DNA from: a virus
Reading direction: 5' to 3' (one strand)
Virus record (IMG/VR): IMGVR_UViG_3300006056_000038
Span: 1-64,000 of that record
DNA length: 64,000 nt
The position numbers were made by a program, and so were the translations under genes. The notes beneath the pieces were generated by a model that made no database searches, was not told the DNA's origin, and saw only the letters and a list, made by a program, of their open reading frames with translations. Positions 7,713 through 18,034 of the stretch are shown piece after piece. The stretch's first letter is position 1. Every line of letters starts with the position of its first letter.

Positions 7713-10121
7713 TCAGAACTCTTCGAAGTTCGCGCCAGTGGGCAGGATTTGGTATGAGATGTCAATGAATTCTGCCACTCTTGTCGGCTTGATCTGGATC
7801 TTACCGATCAACATGTTCCGGTCGATCGTATCGGCGGTGTTGTTGCTCGCATCCATCGTTACCTTGAAGCCCACCAGACCTCTTTGGTTCTGGATCTGGA
7901 GCAACAGCGGCTCGACCTTTGCAAGGAACTGATCGCGCAGGGTCTGGTCGTTCTGTTCGAACACCAAGGTGATAGCGGCTGCGGACACCAAGCGCTCGAT
8001 GGTCAAGAGCAATCTGCGAACGTTGATACGGTCCAGAGCGCTCTCCTTCACCTGCAAGGTCTTCTGACCCCAGATCAACACACCGTTCTGGGTGCTGTCC
8101 ATGATCGGATTGATACGTCCGGCATACAACACGTCACGTTGAGTCTTGGACAGGCGCACATCGGCGCGGATCACGTTGCTCGGCATTTCACCACGGTTGG
8201 TACCAGCAACACCGTTCCAGCTCTTGTACTTGTTGTCGGTGTAAGCGATGGCGCGGGCCACGGCGAAGCTCGGTGGCAGATAGATCTGACGGCTACTGCT
8301 GACGTCCGATACTTGCACCCAAGGCCAGTAAGTGGCGCCGTAGGTGGTGTCGATACCGGTGAGATCAAGCGCTTCCACGGCCTCGTCAGGAGTTCCCTTG
8401 GTCTGACCAACGGTCAGGCGTGGGGAGTCGATGACGTAGAACAGATCGGCGCGTTCCTCGACCATTTCCAAGGCATACTTCACCAGTTCTTCGTTGTTCT
8501 GGTAATCGATACCCGATGTGCTCAGGACGTTCACGTCCACGCTGGCATCGCTGGCGAAGCAGTCGATCGCATCCTTGTAGGCCTGCACGTTCGACAGTTC
8601 ACCTTCAGCGAATTCTTCGTATGCATTGTCGTACTTCTTGTACTTGTCCCATCCATCGAAACCACCGTAAGGCACAACGGTGAACTTGAGCTTCGCGCGG
8701 TCCAGAGCACCTGCGGAGTTGGTGTAAGCCGTCAAGGAATTCTTGTTGCCGGATGCGAATTCAGTAGGCAACACGGTGTTCTCCATGTGGAAACCGAGCG
8801 TGGTGGTCTTACCGGTGGTGATGGCGCCTTGGAATTGGAACAGGTCATGCTCCACGTTCTGAGCGGCGTTGCGCACACCCACGGCGGAAGAGGTCAGCGC
8901 GGTGTAGCCCAGCTCGGAAACGCCCAAGTAGGTCTTTGGCACAGAGTCCCCCGAGAAGTATGTGGTCTTGTAATAGATGTTCGGACGGATCGTCGCGGTG
9001 TCAGCCCCCACGGAAGTCGTGGTGGAACGAAGCTCGTAACCACGGAAACCGGCAGGAACGGTATCGACAGGGAAACTGTCGGCCATTTCGATCTCGATGA
9101 AGTTTGACTTGCGCACGTACGGCTCATCACCAACGGTACCGATCATGCGGGCGATGAAGCGCGAGTTGTCGACATCCAATGAGAGACGATTGTGGCGCTC
9201 AACGATCGTGAAGGACGTGGCGTCGCTACTATCGTAGTAACGTACAACGATGTCGAACAACTTGTTGTTGAGGTCGATGTTGGCGATGGAGATCTTGACC
9301 TCCCTGTTGGAGGCGTCACCATCGCTGCGGGTGTGGACACGGAACAGGTTCTTCACCGCTCCGCCGATCACGCGCGATACGATCCAAGGCGTCACCGCAT
9401 TGGTGTATCCTGTAGCGTAGTTGGCAAAGTCAGGATTGGTGTCCGGTACGTAGATGAGCGAGGCATTGATGCCGACGATCTCACCACGAGCGGAGGCTTC
9501 TCTCACGAAGTGTGGGAAGATACTCTCGACATACAGGTTAGTGGTATCGGGAATGATCTTCGGGCTCTTGCCGATGGCCTTCGCCAAGTAGTCCGTACGG
9601 GTCTCATCCAACGAAACGCTGAGCGTATTGGCGCTCATCAGGCCGGTGGTACCGCACAGGACGAATGACGAAAGGGCCGAACCTGTGACCGACTGCCAGT
9701 TGCCGAGGACCACATCGGTGGAAGCGCTGAAATACGGAACACCCGAGGCGTCCTTCTTTGAGCGAATGACGGCGAGGGTGGTACCGGACTTCGAACCGCC
9801 CCCTGTGGTACCCGTGAGATTCGCCACCAACAGCCATGCGGGCGAGTTGGTGAAACCCACCTTACCGAGGACCCGGCTGACGAACAACTCGCTCGACTGG
9901 GTCAGGAAGGCATCGGTGGTGTAAGTAGCCGGGAACTCGTAGTTCGTCCCACCGAAACGCAGTACGTTCTCATCTGCGGTGGAGATCTTGATGGCCTCAA
10001 AGGCCGGACCCTTGGGGAATTTACCAACGACCGCGAGCTTGGTGATACCAATTCGCGAGGCGAAGGCGGTGAAGTCCTGTTCGGTTGTGTACACACCGGG
10101 GGAGACGAATACTGTTGCCAT
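7713..10121 (-). CDS. gp18: Tail sheath protein, T4 gp18-like
   Basis: 802 aa. The C-terminal region LDRINVRRLLLTIERL...ADTIDRNMLIGKIQIKPTRVAEFIDISYQILPTGANFEEF aligns with T4 gp18 FDRINVRRLFNMLKTNIG...PSVIDRNEFVATFYIQPARSINYITLNFVATATGADFDEL. Confidence 0.8.
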   Translation of the reverse strand: MATVFVSPGVYTTEQDFTAFASRIGITKLAVVGKFPKGPAFEAIKISTADENVLRFGGTNYEFPATYTTDAFLTQSSELFVSRVLGKVGFTNSPAWLLVANLTGTTGGGSKSGTTLAVIRSKKDASGVPYFSASTDVVLGNWQSVTGSALSSFVLCGTTGLMSANTLSVSLDETRTDYLAKAIGKSPKIIPDTTNLYVESIFPHFVREASARGEIVGINASLIYVPDTNPDFANYATGYTNAVTPWIVSRVIGGAVKNLFRVHTRSDGDASNREVKISIANIDLNNKLFDIVVRYYDSSDATSFTIVERHNRLSLDVDNSRFIARMIGTVGDEPYVRKSNFIEIEMADSFPVDTVPAGFRGYELRSTTTSVGADTATIRPNIYYKTTYFSGDSVPKTYLGVSELGYTALTSSAVGVRNAAQNVEHDLFQFQGAITTGKTTTLGFHMENTVLPTEFASGNKNSLTAYTNSAGALDRAKLKFTVVPYGGFDGWDKYKKYDNAYEEFAEGELSNVQAYKDAIDCFASDASVDVNVLSTSGIDYQNNEELVKYALEMVEERADLFYVIDSPRLTVGQTKGTPDEAVEALDLTGIDTTYGATYWPWVQVSDVSSSRQIYLPPSFAVARAIAYTDNKYKSWNGVAGTNRGEMPSNVIRADVRLSKTQRDVLYAGRINPIMDSTQNGVLIWGQKTLQVKESALDRINVRRLLLTIERLVSAAAITLVFEQNDQTLRDQFLAKVEPLLLQIQNQRGLVGFKVTMDASNNTADTIDRNMLIGKIQIKPTRVAEFIDISYQILPTGANFEEF

Positions 10122-10185
10122 ATCTGTTCTGGTTTTCTTGGGTTGTGGGTTCTATCCTCGGAACGACCGCTCAGGTCGCATTGAA

Positions 10186-10195
10186 CATAAATAGG
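10186..10195 (-). promoter_or_regulatory. CTATTTATG motif upstream of the sheath gene
   Basis: CATAAATAGG on plus (reads CCTATTTATG on the minus strand), between the terminator at 10221-10260 and the sheath ATG at 10121. Confidence 0.45.
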
Positions 10196-10220
10196 CTTGT
10201 TTTTCTCGGAACATCACGGA

Positions 10221-10260
10221 AGAGAAAAAAAGAAAGCGGAACCTTGTTCGTTCCGCTTTC
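10221..10260 (-). terminator. Intrinsic terminator (minus strand) after the 102-aa gene
   Basis: Minus strand reads GAAAGCGGAAC-gaacaag-GTTCCGCTTTC followed by TTTTTTTCTCTT. Confidence 0.7.
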
Positions 10261-10283
10261 TTTGCCTTTCATGCTATTGTGGA

Positions 10284-10592
10284 TCAGTTGTATTTGATCT
10301 CGAAACGCCCTTTGACTTGCTTGGTCTCGGAGATCCCTTTGCGGTGATCGCTCGAAGCAGTAGCCACCGATAGGCCATCCTTGTAGGGATTGGTGATGTT
10401 GGTGGTGGTGGCGCTCATGGACACCGGCTTGGCGGTGAAATTGCTGATGGTCATCACGTTCTTCACCGCGTTGATATCAACGAGCCCAGCGACGTTCAAA
10501 CTCTCGAACGGCTTGAGCTTCACTTTTTGCATCTTGCCTCCCACCTTGTAGTGGAATGTGGTCGACTTGGCTCTGTTGTTGGTGACTTTCAT
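10284..10592 (-). CDS. Hypothetical small protein (structural module)
   Basis: 102 aa; preceded by CTATTTATGG (10615-10624 on plus as CCATAAATAG) about 22 nt upstream. Confidence 0.45.
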   Translation of the reverse strand: MKVTNNRAKSTTFHYKVGGKMQKVKLKPFESLNVAGLVDINAVKNVMTISNFTAKPVSMSATTTNITNPYKDGLSVATASSDHRKGISETKQVKGRFEIKYN

Positions 10593-10638
10593 AGGGTTGG
10601 TTTTATGGTTGTCCCCATAAATAGCAGGGCAATGATGG

Positions 10639-11350
10639 TCAGTCGCGGTTTTCGGAGATTTTTATCGAAACACGCGTCACGGCGTTCACTTTCTCGAACT
10701 GCTTGGGGTCAACGAGCTTCCCGAACACCGTGATGGGGATGGCGATCTGGAATATCCGCTCGTCGTTCACTTCGATCTTATTGTCCTCCGAAGGGTCCTG
10801 CATGGTGCTGCGAATCTGGTACCCGTTGATGTTCATGTAGGCCTGACCGCTGGTGTAGTGGTCGCGCATCACGATCTCGTAGAACTTGTTGACGTCCTCC
10901 ATGTAGGAGGAAACGAAGCGGAGTTCGTACTCCACATCGACATAACTGGGTTGAGGAATTTTGTACAAGTCGTATTCCTTGGTGGATCCATTGAATTTGG
11001 GCACCTTCCGGAACACGAACTTGCGCTTCACTGGAATGGTGCGCTTGAGCGGGGACGTTCCCTGCTTCACGCCTCGTCGTGCAATGGCGATGAAGGGACG
11101 GGAGATCTCCTCCCCCTGTTCATTGGTCATGATGTGCCAATGCTGTTTGCGCTCGGCCCAAAGCTCCTGACCCACCCAGATGACAGGTACGGTGCGCATG
11201 TTGTTCCCGTTATCCAACGCGAAGCCCGCAGCATTGAACAGCTCGAACAAACCGTGATCGAAATCCTCTATCTCCAACTTCTGCGGGAGATATCCGGCAT
11301 TCTCGAAGCTCTTGTCCAATTGCGATCCAATATTGTCGGATATGCTCATG
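10639..11350 (-). CDS. Hypothetical structural-module protein (the track start at 11364 is TTG; an ATG lies 4-5 codons in)
   Basis: About 237 aa; CTATTTACC motif 3 nt upstream of the ATG. Note: hand-counted coordinates near 11341 disagree with the track by 1 nt. Confidence 0.45.
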
Positions 11351-11848
11351 CAGGTAAATAGCAAGGCGCATGGAACGATGCGGCATCATTCAAAACCACT
11401 TCCCCTCTTTCCTTCCGAATGAAAGGATTTCCATATCAATCCGGCATTCAAGGCGGATCATCAATTATTTTCTTCCTAGAACTTGACTTTGTCAAAAGAG
11501 AACGTATCTTTGCCTCGCTTTTGCCGCCCTATAAAGCTGTTTCTTTTTGAGGGGATTTGATCAGATGGGCGGACTTTGTACTGCAAGCGCAAGTTGCGAG
11601 CAGGGCAAAATTCAAACCAACCAACTCACGTAAAAAATCGTGGGGAGGAAAGGAGGGGGTTTGAATTTTGGAACTCTTCGAGTTCTTTTCCCTGACTTCG
11701 CAAGATCTCCCTTCTGGAATTCTTCTACTACAGAATATCATCCAGAAAAGAGAGAGAAATTTAATACTTGATGTAGAAGAATTCTACATCATAACAAGGG
11801 AAAAAATCGATGTTAGAGTTGCTCTCCATGCAGAAGGAAAATTCCCTC

Positions 11849-12409
11849 TCACCTTGCCTTGAAGACATCCTCGTCGACCTCGTTCGCTTTTATCGTAATG
11901 GCAAATCTTCTGTCCCCTCCGTACGAGAACTCATTGTTCAATTGGGAGAACCCATCATCGACGATCTTGAAGTACTGACCTTTGAACATGATGAAGTCCC
12001 CAACCTTCAGGTCCAACTGCACATGTTGTCCATCCCGTTTGATGAGAAGACCCAATTCCACCAGATGTTCGAGATACACATGGGCCGTCATTGCGCCCGG
12101 ACCGCGTTTCATGATGCCTCCCGCTGTTTGCTGGCTTACGGGATTTGATTCGATGTCCAATCTTCCGTAAACCTCCACGTGTTCCTTGTAGACCTTGCGT
12201 TTGCTCTCCCCGTAGAAATTGGGAACGGTCTTCTTCAGATCGACGCGGTACAAGAGAAAGCTCTCCTTGAGCCAACTTTCGGAGAGTTCTCGACCAACGG
12301 ATGACAGGAAGGCAACATCCTCCTCTCCCAAGAACAGCTCAATGCCCTTGGGCTTGTGTTCATGAGCATCTTGCTCTTGTGGTTGCCCTTGTATCTCGTT
12401 GATGTCCAT
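11849..12409 (-). CDS. Hypothetical protein (tail/baseplate module)
   Basis: 186 aa; translationally coupled to the upstream 389-aa gene (12410). Confidence 0.45.
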   Translation of the reverse strand: MDINEIQGQPQEQDAHEHKPKGIELFLGEEDVAFLSSVGRELSESWLKESFLLYRVDLKKTVPNFYGESKRKVYKEHVEVYGRLDIESNPVSQQTAGGIMKRGPGAMTAHVYLEHLVELGLLIKRDGQHVQLDLKVGDFIMFKGQYFKIVDDGFSQLNNEFSYGGDRRFAITIKANEVDEDVFKAR

Positions 12410-13579
12410 TTAGTCGACGTATATGCCCATTGGAGTGAATCCAAGCGTCTTGCTGATGGATTCCTGCACCGAGGCGCGGTTCTCCATGATCTTCTGATAG
12501 GAGAGTTCCGAAAGGTCATCTTCTAGCTTCTTGAACAGCCGATCCCGTTCCTCGTTGAAGAAGGAACGAAGAGCCTCGGCGTTGAGAGTAACCTTGTCGC
12601 CCGGAATGGGTACTTCGCTGAACTTGCCGCGCACGAACGACAGAATGATGGCGCAACGGGCGAGGGCGTAATTGAATACCCAGTTCTGGGCCACGGAGTT
12701 CATCTGGGCGTAGGAGATGGTGCGAAGCTGCGCGTCGGCGGGGCTGGATACCAATCCGTTCCCGAATTCCGTACTTCCGGTGTATCCGGGGTTGGCGGAA
12801 GTTCCCGAGAAGAGCGGGTTCCCATAATAGCCCGCTCGGTCGTAGTAGTAATAGAACACCGTACCGGGCGTGCTGGCGCCTCCTCCGATGCCGAAGGATG
12901 CAGCGGCCAGCCCGTTGTTGCTCCGTGGCACGGGATACACACGAAGCTTGCGTTGTCCGTCCGGACCGCCATGAAGGGAGTAAGAATATTCCGACCCCCT
13001 TACGCGGTTGCGCAATTCAGCCGCTTGGGCCGTCAGGATCGTATCGAACACCGGCATGACGTGATAGAGCGAATGTCCGGCGAAGGATGCCCCGAACTCC
13101 GAGAAGGCGATATTGGTGTTGGCGTGTGGGTCCATGCCGAACAGGTTGATGAAGGACGGGGTATGCCAGAGCACCTCGTTCACTTCCCTTCCGGCCGGAA
13201 TGAGATAATCCTGCGTGCCTCCCGAAAGGAGAATGGACCCGAGCTTCAGTTCACGTTGTGAATTGGCGCCCAACCCGACCTGTTCGGCAAGGTGGGTGGA
13301 GAAGCTCTGTTCGAAGTACAGCGAGTTGGAGACGTACTTCATGGTGAAGTCGATCTCGCTGGGCAACCCTAGCATCTCCCCGAGCTTGTTGCGCAGGAAC
13401 CAATCGTTGATGAAGGTGGAATACTCCGAAATTGACGTGCATAGAGCGGACTCGATCTGCTGGTCATCCAGTTCGACCTTCACTACGGGAGCGCCGAAGA
13501 ACAGCCTCACCTTGTTGATGATGGCGCTCTTCTGGGATTCCGTTACCCCTGAGAGGCATCCTTCGATCTGGCAGCTCAT
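12410..13579 (-). CDS. Hypothetical structural protein (tail/baseplate module)
   Basis: 389 aa; the Gly/Tyr-rich segment GIGGGASTPGTVFYYYYDRAGYYGNPLFSGTSANPGYTGSTEFGNG is typical of fibre or baseplate proteins. Same strand and operon as the sheath. Confidence 0.45.
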   Translation of the reverse strand: MSCQIEGCLSGVTESQKSAIINKVRLFFGAPVVKVELDDQQIESALCTSISEYSTFINDWFLRNKLGEMLGLPSEIDFTMKYVSNSLYFEQSFSTHLAEQVGLGANSQRELKLGSILLSGGTQDYLIPAGREVNEVLWHTPSFINLFGMDPHANTNIAFSEFGASFAGHSLYHVMPVFDTILTAQAAELRNRVRGSEYSYSLHGGPDGQRKLRVYPVPRSNNGLAAASFGIGGGASTPGTVFYYYYDRAGYYGNPLFSGTSANPGYTGSTEFGNGLVSSPADAQLRTISYAQMNSVAQNWVFNYALARCAIILSFVRGKFSEVPIPGDKVTLNAEALRSFFNEERDRLFKKLEDDLSELSYQKIMENRASVQESISKTLGFTPMGIYVD

Positions 13580-13583
13580 GGGA

Positions 13584-13859
13584 TCAGTTTGACTTTATTT
13601 GGGTCAGTGCGCCCATGTTGTTGGGCGAGAAGCCACAGAAAGTACCACTGCTGACGTTGATGCCGGAACAGAGTAGTTCAATGCTTTGTCCGGCCGTCAA
13701 CGATACGGTAAGCGATCCACCTCCGATGGCGGTCACCGTGACGCTCCCTGCGGTCATGCAGAACACCTCATGAACGATCGGGCGTGTAGCCGTTCCGAAG
13801 GGTCCATTGGTGCCACCGGAAAGGGAGACGATCTTGTAGTTGGAGTTCGCTGTGGCCAT
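13584..13859 (-). CDS. Hypothetical small beta-rich protein
   Basis: 91 aa, Gly/Ser/Thr-rich. Confidence 0.4.
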   Translation of the reverse strand: MATANSNYKIVSLSGGTNGPFGTATRPIVHEVFCMTAGSVTVTAIGGGSLTVSLTAGQSIELLCSGINVSSGTFCGFSPNNMGALTQIKSN

Positions 13860-13870
13860 GTTCGTTTTTG

Positions 13871-13889
13871 CTATTTGAACCTAAATAGG
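13871..13889. promoter_or_regulatory. Divergent motif pair CTATTTGAAC / CTAAATAGG between 13859(-) and 13932(+)
   Basis: Inverted repeat CTATTT-gaacc-TAAATAG, a variant of the CTATTTATGG family. Confidence 0.4.
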
Positions 13890-13931
13890 ATGGGGTTCGT
13901 TCCTCATCGGCCCTTTCAAATCGAAAACAAC

Positions 13932-14333
13932 ATGAAAAAGAGCAAATTCTCCAAATTGTTGAACGGCGAGGGAAAACACATCCTGTTCTTCGATGGCGAC
14001 GTCTCACGTATCGGCCGCGTGGTGGAAGCGGCCGATACGGATACCGTAGTGGTGCAGATCGATGAGCGAGAGAAGAAGAAGGTCAAGCGTCCCGATGTGA
14101 TCGGGAAGGTGAAGCGTTATAGTTGGTTCCCCATGGACCGCATGCCTCCGGAGAACAAGCAGCTCCTATTGGAGCATAAGGACGGGAGCATCCGCATGGG
14201 AAAACTCCTTGGTCCGGACGCGGCGGAGTTCTACGAAGTGGACCGGACCCATTTCCACGACCCGTATTGGCATCGGCCGTTCCCGATGAGCGACTTCACC
14301 CATTGGTGCTTGGTTCAGGGTCGAAAGCCTTGA
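13932..14333 (+). CDS. Hypothetical protein
   Basis: 134 aa from MKKSKFSKLLNGEG... Confidence 0.4.
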   Translation: MKKSKFSKLLNGEGKHILFFDGDVSRIGRVVEAADTDTVVVQIDEREKKKVKRPDVIGKVKRYSWFPMDRMPPENKQLLLEHKDGSIRMGKLLGPDAAEFYEVDRTHFHDPYWHRPFPMSDFTHWCLVQGRKP

Positions 14334-14377
14334 AATTCGGCTTCTGAGCCATTATCATTCCAAAAACAACTAGAACC

Positions 14378-14623
14378 ATGCAAGAACAAACAATAGGCGA
14401 ACAGAGAGTGCGTACGGCGTTCAATCCGAGCTTGGAGGGCATCGTCGACCAGATCAAGCAGAAGTCGGCAGAGTTGATCAACATGTGCGAAAGTTTGAAA
14501 GAGCCGTATTCCGGGGTCCCAAGCGAAAAGAACCGTCTTTGTGCCATTGCGCAAACGGAATATGAATCGGCGTGCATGTGGGCGGTCAAGGCGGCAACAA
14601 CTCAATTACCGCCAAAGTCATAA
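14378..14623 (+). CDS. Hypothetical small protein
   Basis: 81-aa ORF, charged and helical. Confidence 0.3.
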   Translation: MQEQTIGEQRVRTAFNPSLEGIVDQIKQKSAELINMCESLKEPYSGVPSEKNRLCAIAQTEYESACMWAVKAATTQLPPKS

Positions 14624-14627
14624 GCGC

Positions 14628-14930
14628 ATGTTCGTCGAACTATTCGTCCACGGTCCGTTGACCGATGCCGACAAACGCTACGAAGTATTCGGCCGTCCCG
14701 TCCCATACATGGCGCCCGACACTGCCAGTGGGTTCCGGGAGGACTCCCCGGTGGACGGCGTTGATTATCCTTTATTGGTGACCGAGCCATCCTCGATGGT
14801 ACACGGCGGGACCGTTATAATCCATCAAGACGAACTTCGCCTGCTTGAGGAGTACGGGCTCAGGAGCCATCTTCCTCGGGAAGTCGTGCTCATGAGCAGC
14901 AAGAGAGCGTGGGCGATGCTTCGGCGTTGA
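14628..14930 (+). CDS. Hypothetical small protein
   Basis: 100 aa from MFVELFVHGPLTDADKRYEV...; start trimmed from track ORF 14541-14930. Confidence 0.3.
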   Translation: MFVELFVHGPLTDADKRYEVFGRPVPYMAPDTASGFREDSPVDGVDYPLLVTEPSSMVHGGTVIIHQDELRLLEEYGLRSHLPREVVLMSSKRAWAMLRR

Positions 14931-14933
14931 TGA

Positions 14934-15452
14934 TCAAAGATCGCTCCCCGGCATTTCCCTTCCCGGGTTCTTCACGACCTTCATGGTCACTTGAGGCGCC
15001 GTCCTGTCGTGGGTCCCGTCGATGTTCGCGACATATCCGGCATCATGCGCCATGGCTTGGGCGTGGATGATGAAATCACGGTCCACCAAGATCGTGAACT
15101 TCGTGTTTCCGAGCGCGCCCTTGAAGTGGACCTTGTCGCCCAATGCGTCGGCGAACATGTTCTCGGCCGCCGACAACGGTCCGGGCTTTTGGTAATGGGC
15201 CAAGAAATCGTACATCACGGTTTCCTCGTCCCCGCTCAGCGGTTCGTTGAATCGCTTCTCGTAGGCCGCCAAGGCGTAACGATAAACGGCCATCTTGTCG
15301 CTTCCATGTTCCAGCGAGAACTGATAGGTCCCCGCATCCTGCTGGGCGAACAAAATGAGCCCGTGCGCCTGAGGCGTCAATGCGCCGGTCGGGAATCGCA
15401 TGTTGCCGAGCTCTTCCGAGATGACGGTACGAATAAGAGAACGGACATCCAT
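14934..15452 (-). CDS. CTS-family protein (putative packaged/internal protein); paralogue of 16444-16956
   Basis: N-terminus MDVRSLIRTVISEE. The C-terminal part (EETVMYDFLAHYQK...) is similar to 16444-16956 (EEAVFYDFAAHYDK...). Confidence 0.5.
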   Translation of the reverse strand: MDVRSLIRTVISEELGNMRFPTGALTPQAHGLILFAQQDAGTYQFSLEHGSDKMAVYRYALAAYEKRFNEPLSGDEETVMYDFLAHYQKPGPLSAAENMFADALGDKVHFKGALGNTKFTILVDRDFIIHAQAMAHDAGYVANIDGTHDRTAPQVTMKVVKNPGREMPGSDL

Positions 15453-15456
15453 TGGT

Positions 15457-15479
15457 CATAAATAGCTCTCTATTTATGG
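15457..15479. promoter_or_regulatory. Palindromic motif CATAAATAG-ctct-CTATTTATGG in the divergent region
   Basis: Serves the start of 15452(-) (about 4 nt) and 15496(+) (16 nt). Confidence 0.5.
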
Positions 15480-15495
15480 CGAGACATCCACGCCC

Positions 15496-16443
15496 ATGAG
15501 CTTCATCATCACCGCCCGGAACCCCGCAGGAGAAATCTATTTCTATCCCGCCAGCGGACGATGGACTAAGGAATCCGACAAAGCCGCCATCTATGATGAC
15601 AAGGCGGAGGTGGACCGGGTCAGCGCGCAACTCCAACATCAATGGAAGGGTCTTACGTTGAAGGTCGAACCGTCCGCCAAGGTCCCGGGCGTGCAACTCA
15701 AACTTTCCGCCCTCTCCGAAGGTCTCCGCCAAGAGGTGAAAAAGCACATGAAGGAAGGGAAAGCGAAACTTTCCGCCATGCCCACAGACCTCAAAGAGCG
15801 CATCTTGAAGGAAACCGGCGAATGGGACAACAGCGATGAGGGTATGGTGGCTTGGAAAGAACAATTAAGGACCGACATCCTCGACATCATCGACGCCGTT
15901 GGGACCAGAATGGAGCTTGTCTCGGTCCATGGATTTGACGTCTATCAAGGACCGTACGCGTGGGTGAAGATCGACGGAAAGCCATACAAGGTATGGACGC
16001 AAGATGGGGACCTATGGATCGAGAAATACAAGGTCGACAACACGTCGATGCACGATAAGCTTCCCGGGTTCCAAGGGACGCCCGATGAGATCGCCCACAT
16101 GCTGTCGACCGATCACATGATGTCGAGCGAGTTCGGGCTCAATGAATTGCGTAATGAGATAAGCGGCGCAATAAAAGAGGGATTGGGAGGAACGATGCCA
16201 GCGGAGACGAAATCGCTATGGGCGGTCTTGGGGATCAAGGACATGAAGGAACTTCCTCAATCGCCAGCTCTACCGGAGATCATGCAAATGTTGCATGATA
16301 ACGGAATCACCGGACCCTTCAAGTACGGCAGGTTCGGTACCGACGGCTTGATTTACATAATGGGCAATGGCGGCAAGATCGGCATTGGATTGCATAATGG
16401 AAAACTCGAAGCCTTGTCCGCTGGTATGCTTTGGGACCTTTGA
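15496..16443 (+). CDS. Hypothetical protein carrying one copy of the KLSALSEGLRQEVKKHMKEGKAKLSAMP module
   Basis: 315 aa; the module is shared with 18069-19611. Confidence 0.5.
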   Translation: MSFIITARNPAGEIYFYPASGRWTKESDKAAIYDDKAEVDRVSAQLQHQWKGLTLKVEPSAKVPGVQLKLSALSEGLRQEVKKHMKEGKAKLSAMPTDLKERILKETGEWDNSDEGMVAWKEQLRTDILDIIDAVGTRMELVSVHGFDVYQGPYAWVKIDGKPYKVWTQDGDLWIEKYKVDNTSMHDKLPGFQGTPDEIAHMLSTDHMMSSEFGLNELRNEISGAIKEGLGGTMPAETKSLWAVLGIKDMKELPQSPALPEIMQMLHDNGITGPFKYGRFGTDGLIYIMGNGGKIGIGLHNGKLEALSAGMLWDL

Positions 16444-16956
16444 TCAGCGCATCTCCAGCTCCACCGGGGACACCACAAGGGCAATAGCGCCCAAGCTCTC
16501 CATGCGTTCGCCCGCGCGGCACCACCATCCGAATTGACGGACGCAATCCTTGGCTTGTTGCAATTGGTCGTCCTTCACCGAGACGATCATGAAGCGTTCG
16601 TAACAGGTCGGGTTGGCATCGACGCCGCCGTCGTAACCCCATAGGTCTCCGAATATCTTCTCGCCCATCCTCTTCCAATAACCATTGCCCTTGTCATAGT
16701 GGGCGGCGAAGTCATAAAAGACCGCTTCTTCGTCCTCTTGGTTGTCCGCAAGAGGGCTTCTTCCTTGATGGCGGAAGATGTCCAAGATCATGTCGAACAG
16801 CGCGCGTAGGTCGCCCTTCGTGTCGGACATCTTCTGGTCGCACGTGAACCTCGCGCCTTTGGCCCAATCGAGCATCTCGCGCGCCGTGCGCGTCTTTGCG
16901 CGGGAAGCCGTAAGGACAGCTTCCGTTATCATGGAGCGGATGAGGCGATGGAAGTT
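16444..16956 (-). CDS. CTS-family protein (start at the internal Met MNFHRLIRSMITE)
   Basis: Track ORF 16444-17133 overlaps the upstream gene. A Met at residue 60 gives an N-terminus matching the family and removes the overlap. Confidence 0.45.
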   Translation of the reverse strand, partial: NFHRLIRSMITEAVLTASRAKTRTAREMLDWAKGARFTCDQKMSDTKGDLRALFDMILDIFRHQGRSPLADNQEDEEAVFYDFAAHYDKGNGYWKRMGEKIFGDLWGYDGGVDANPTCYERFMIVSVKDDQLQQAKDCVRQFGWWCRAGERMESLGAIALVVSPVELEMR

Positions 16957-16970
16957 CATTCTAAGGCGGG

Positions 16971-18030
16971 TCAAGCCACGTAATGGGTCAACTCGAATGA
17001 GTTGTTCATGCCGTACACTTGAATATTGAGCGTCTTGTTCGCGGGCTTTCCATTGAAGGTCAGTCCAATGGCTGTCGAGAATGTATCCCCAACGGCAGGC
17101 TTTCCGGGTCCTGTCGTTATCTGGTTGAACCAATCCTGCTCGTCCACCACGAACCCCTTCTTCTCCGCCGTGTCCTTGGCGTGCTGAACGGCTGCGCTGA
17201 AGGTGGGAAAGTAGATGTTGGCGTTGTGCTTTGCGGAGTAAGCCTCTGCGTACACTTTTGTTGCCAAACCATCGAGGTCGGGTTTGCCCAATCTCGCCGG
17301 GTCATAGATGCCGCACTTGTAGCCTTCATGGTCATACACCGTGATCACCGATGTCCCATCGCGGACCTCGACCGCCCGGAACGTCAATGGTTCACCGTCT
17401 TCATCTTCATATCTCGACTTGTCCGTCAATAGTTGGGCCAGTTTGTTGGCATAATCGGTCGGAAGATGGATGGACAACTCCCGTACAGCATCCGAATTCT
17501 CCTCCATTACAGGCTCGGCCTCCAGTCCGTTATCGGCGTTCTGTTCGTCGCTCTTCAAGGCCGATACCATGCTCTTGGTCAACGCCCCATGGACCTCCGG
17601 CCCGAAGCGCTCCATAACACCGTTCCGCTCGCGCATGTCGAACAATTCGCCTCCGCACAGAAAGGCAAGGACGTTATCGAGCTTGAAGTTCCTGAAGCTT
17701 CCTTTGGCGGCCAAAGCCGCGTCCCCGGACTCCCTCTTGAGCTTGATGAAGACATTGGTGTCGTAGGCCGTCATCAGGTTGTTGTTCTGCAACTTGTTGG
17801 CTTGGGCGTCGGTCTTCTCGACGTCGCTGCGGATGTAAGCGGTCAAGCTCCTGCGGAAGGCCATGTGGCGCACCGTTCCGTCCTTCTTGACGAAGGCCAC
17901 GCTGATGGTGATGTTGCGCCTGTAGTAGTCCTTCACCTTCTGGGGCAGGTCGTCGAAGGTGAGGGCCGATCCTGAAATGCCTTCATAGGCTTCTTGGACC
18001 AATTTTCGGATGATGCGGCGGATATCCATG
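16971..18030 (-). CDS. CTS-family protein
   Basis: From MDIRRIIRKLVQEAYE (trimmed from the track start at 18059); 353 aa. Confidence 0.5.
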
Positions 18031-18034
18031 AACG

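Noticed and set aside
7884-9107. Long antisense ORFs inside real genes (e.g. 7884-9107 + within the sheath, 34729-35970 - within the vWA gene, 25850-27559 + within the capsid gene, 28111-28866 + within the scaffold gene)
   Set aside because: Each is opposite a gene with clear protein homology, and the stop-free antisense frames are explained by codon bias and low-complexity repeats. The translations are Arg/Gly/His-rich with no domain character.
11336-11365. Apparent 1-nt discrepancy between my hand-counted coordinates and the track for the start of ORF 10639-11364 (looked like a frameshift)
   Set aside because: The track shows a continuous 241-aa ORF. The discrepancy is most likely my own transcription or counting slip at a line break, not a real frameshift or pseudogene.
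11365-11848. Possible tRNA gene in the long intergenic region
   Set aside because: No segment could be folded into an acceptor stem/T-loop (GTTCRANYC) arrangement by eye. This needs tRNAscan to be definitive.
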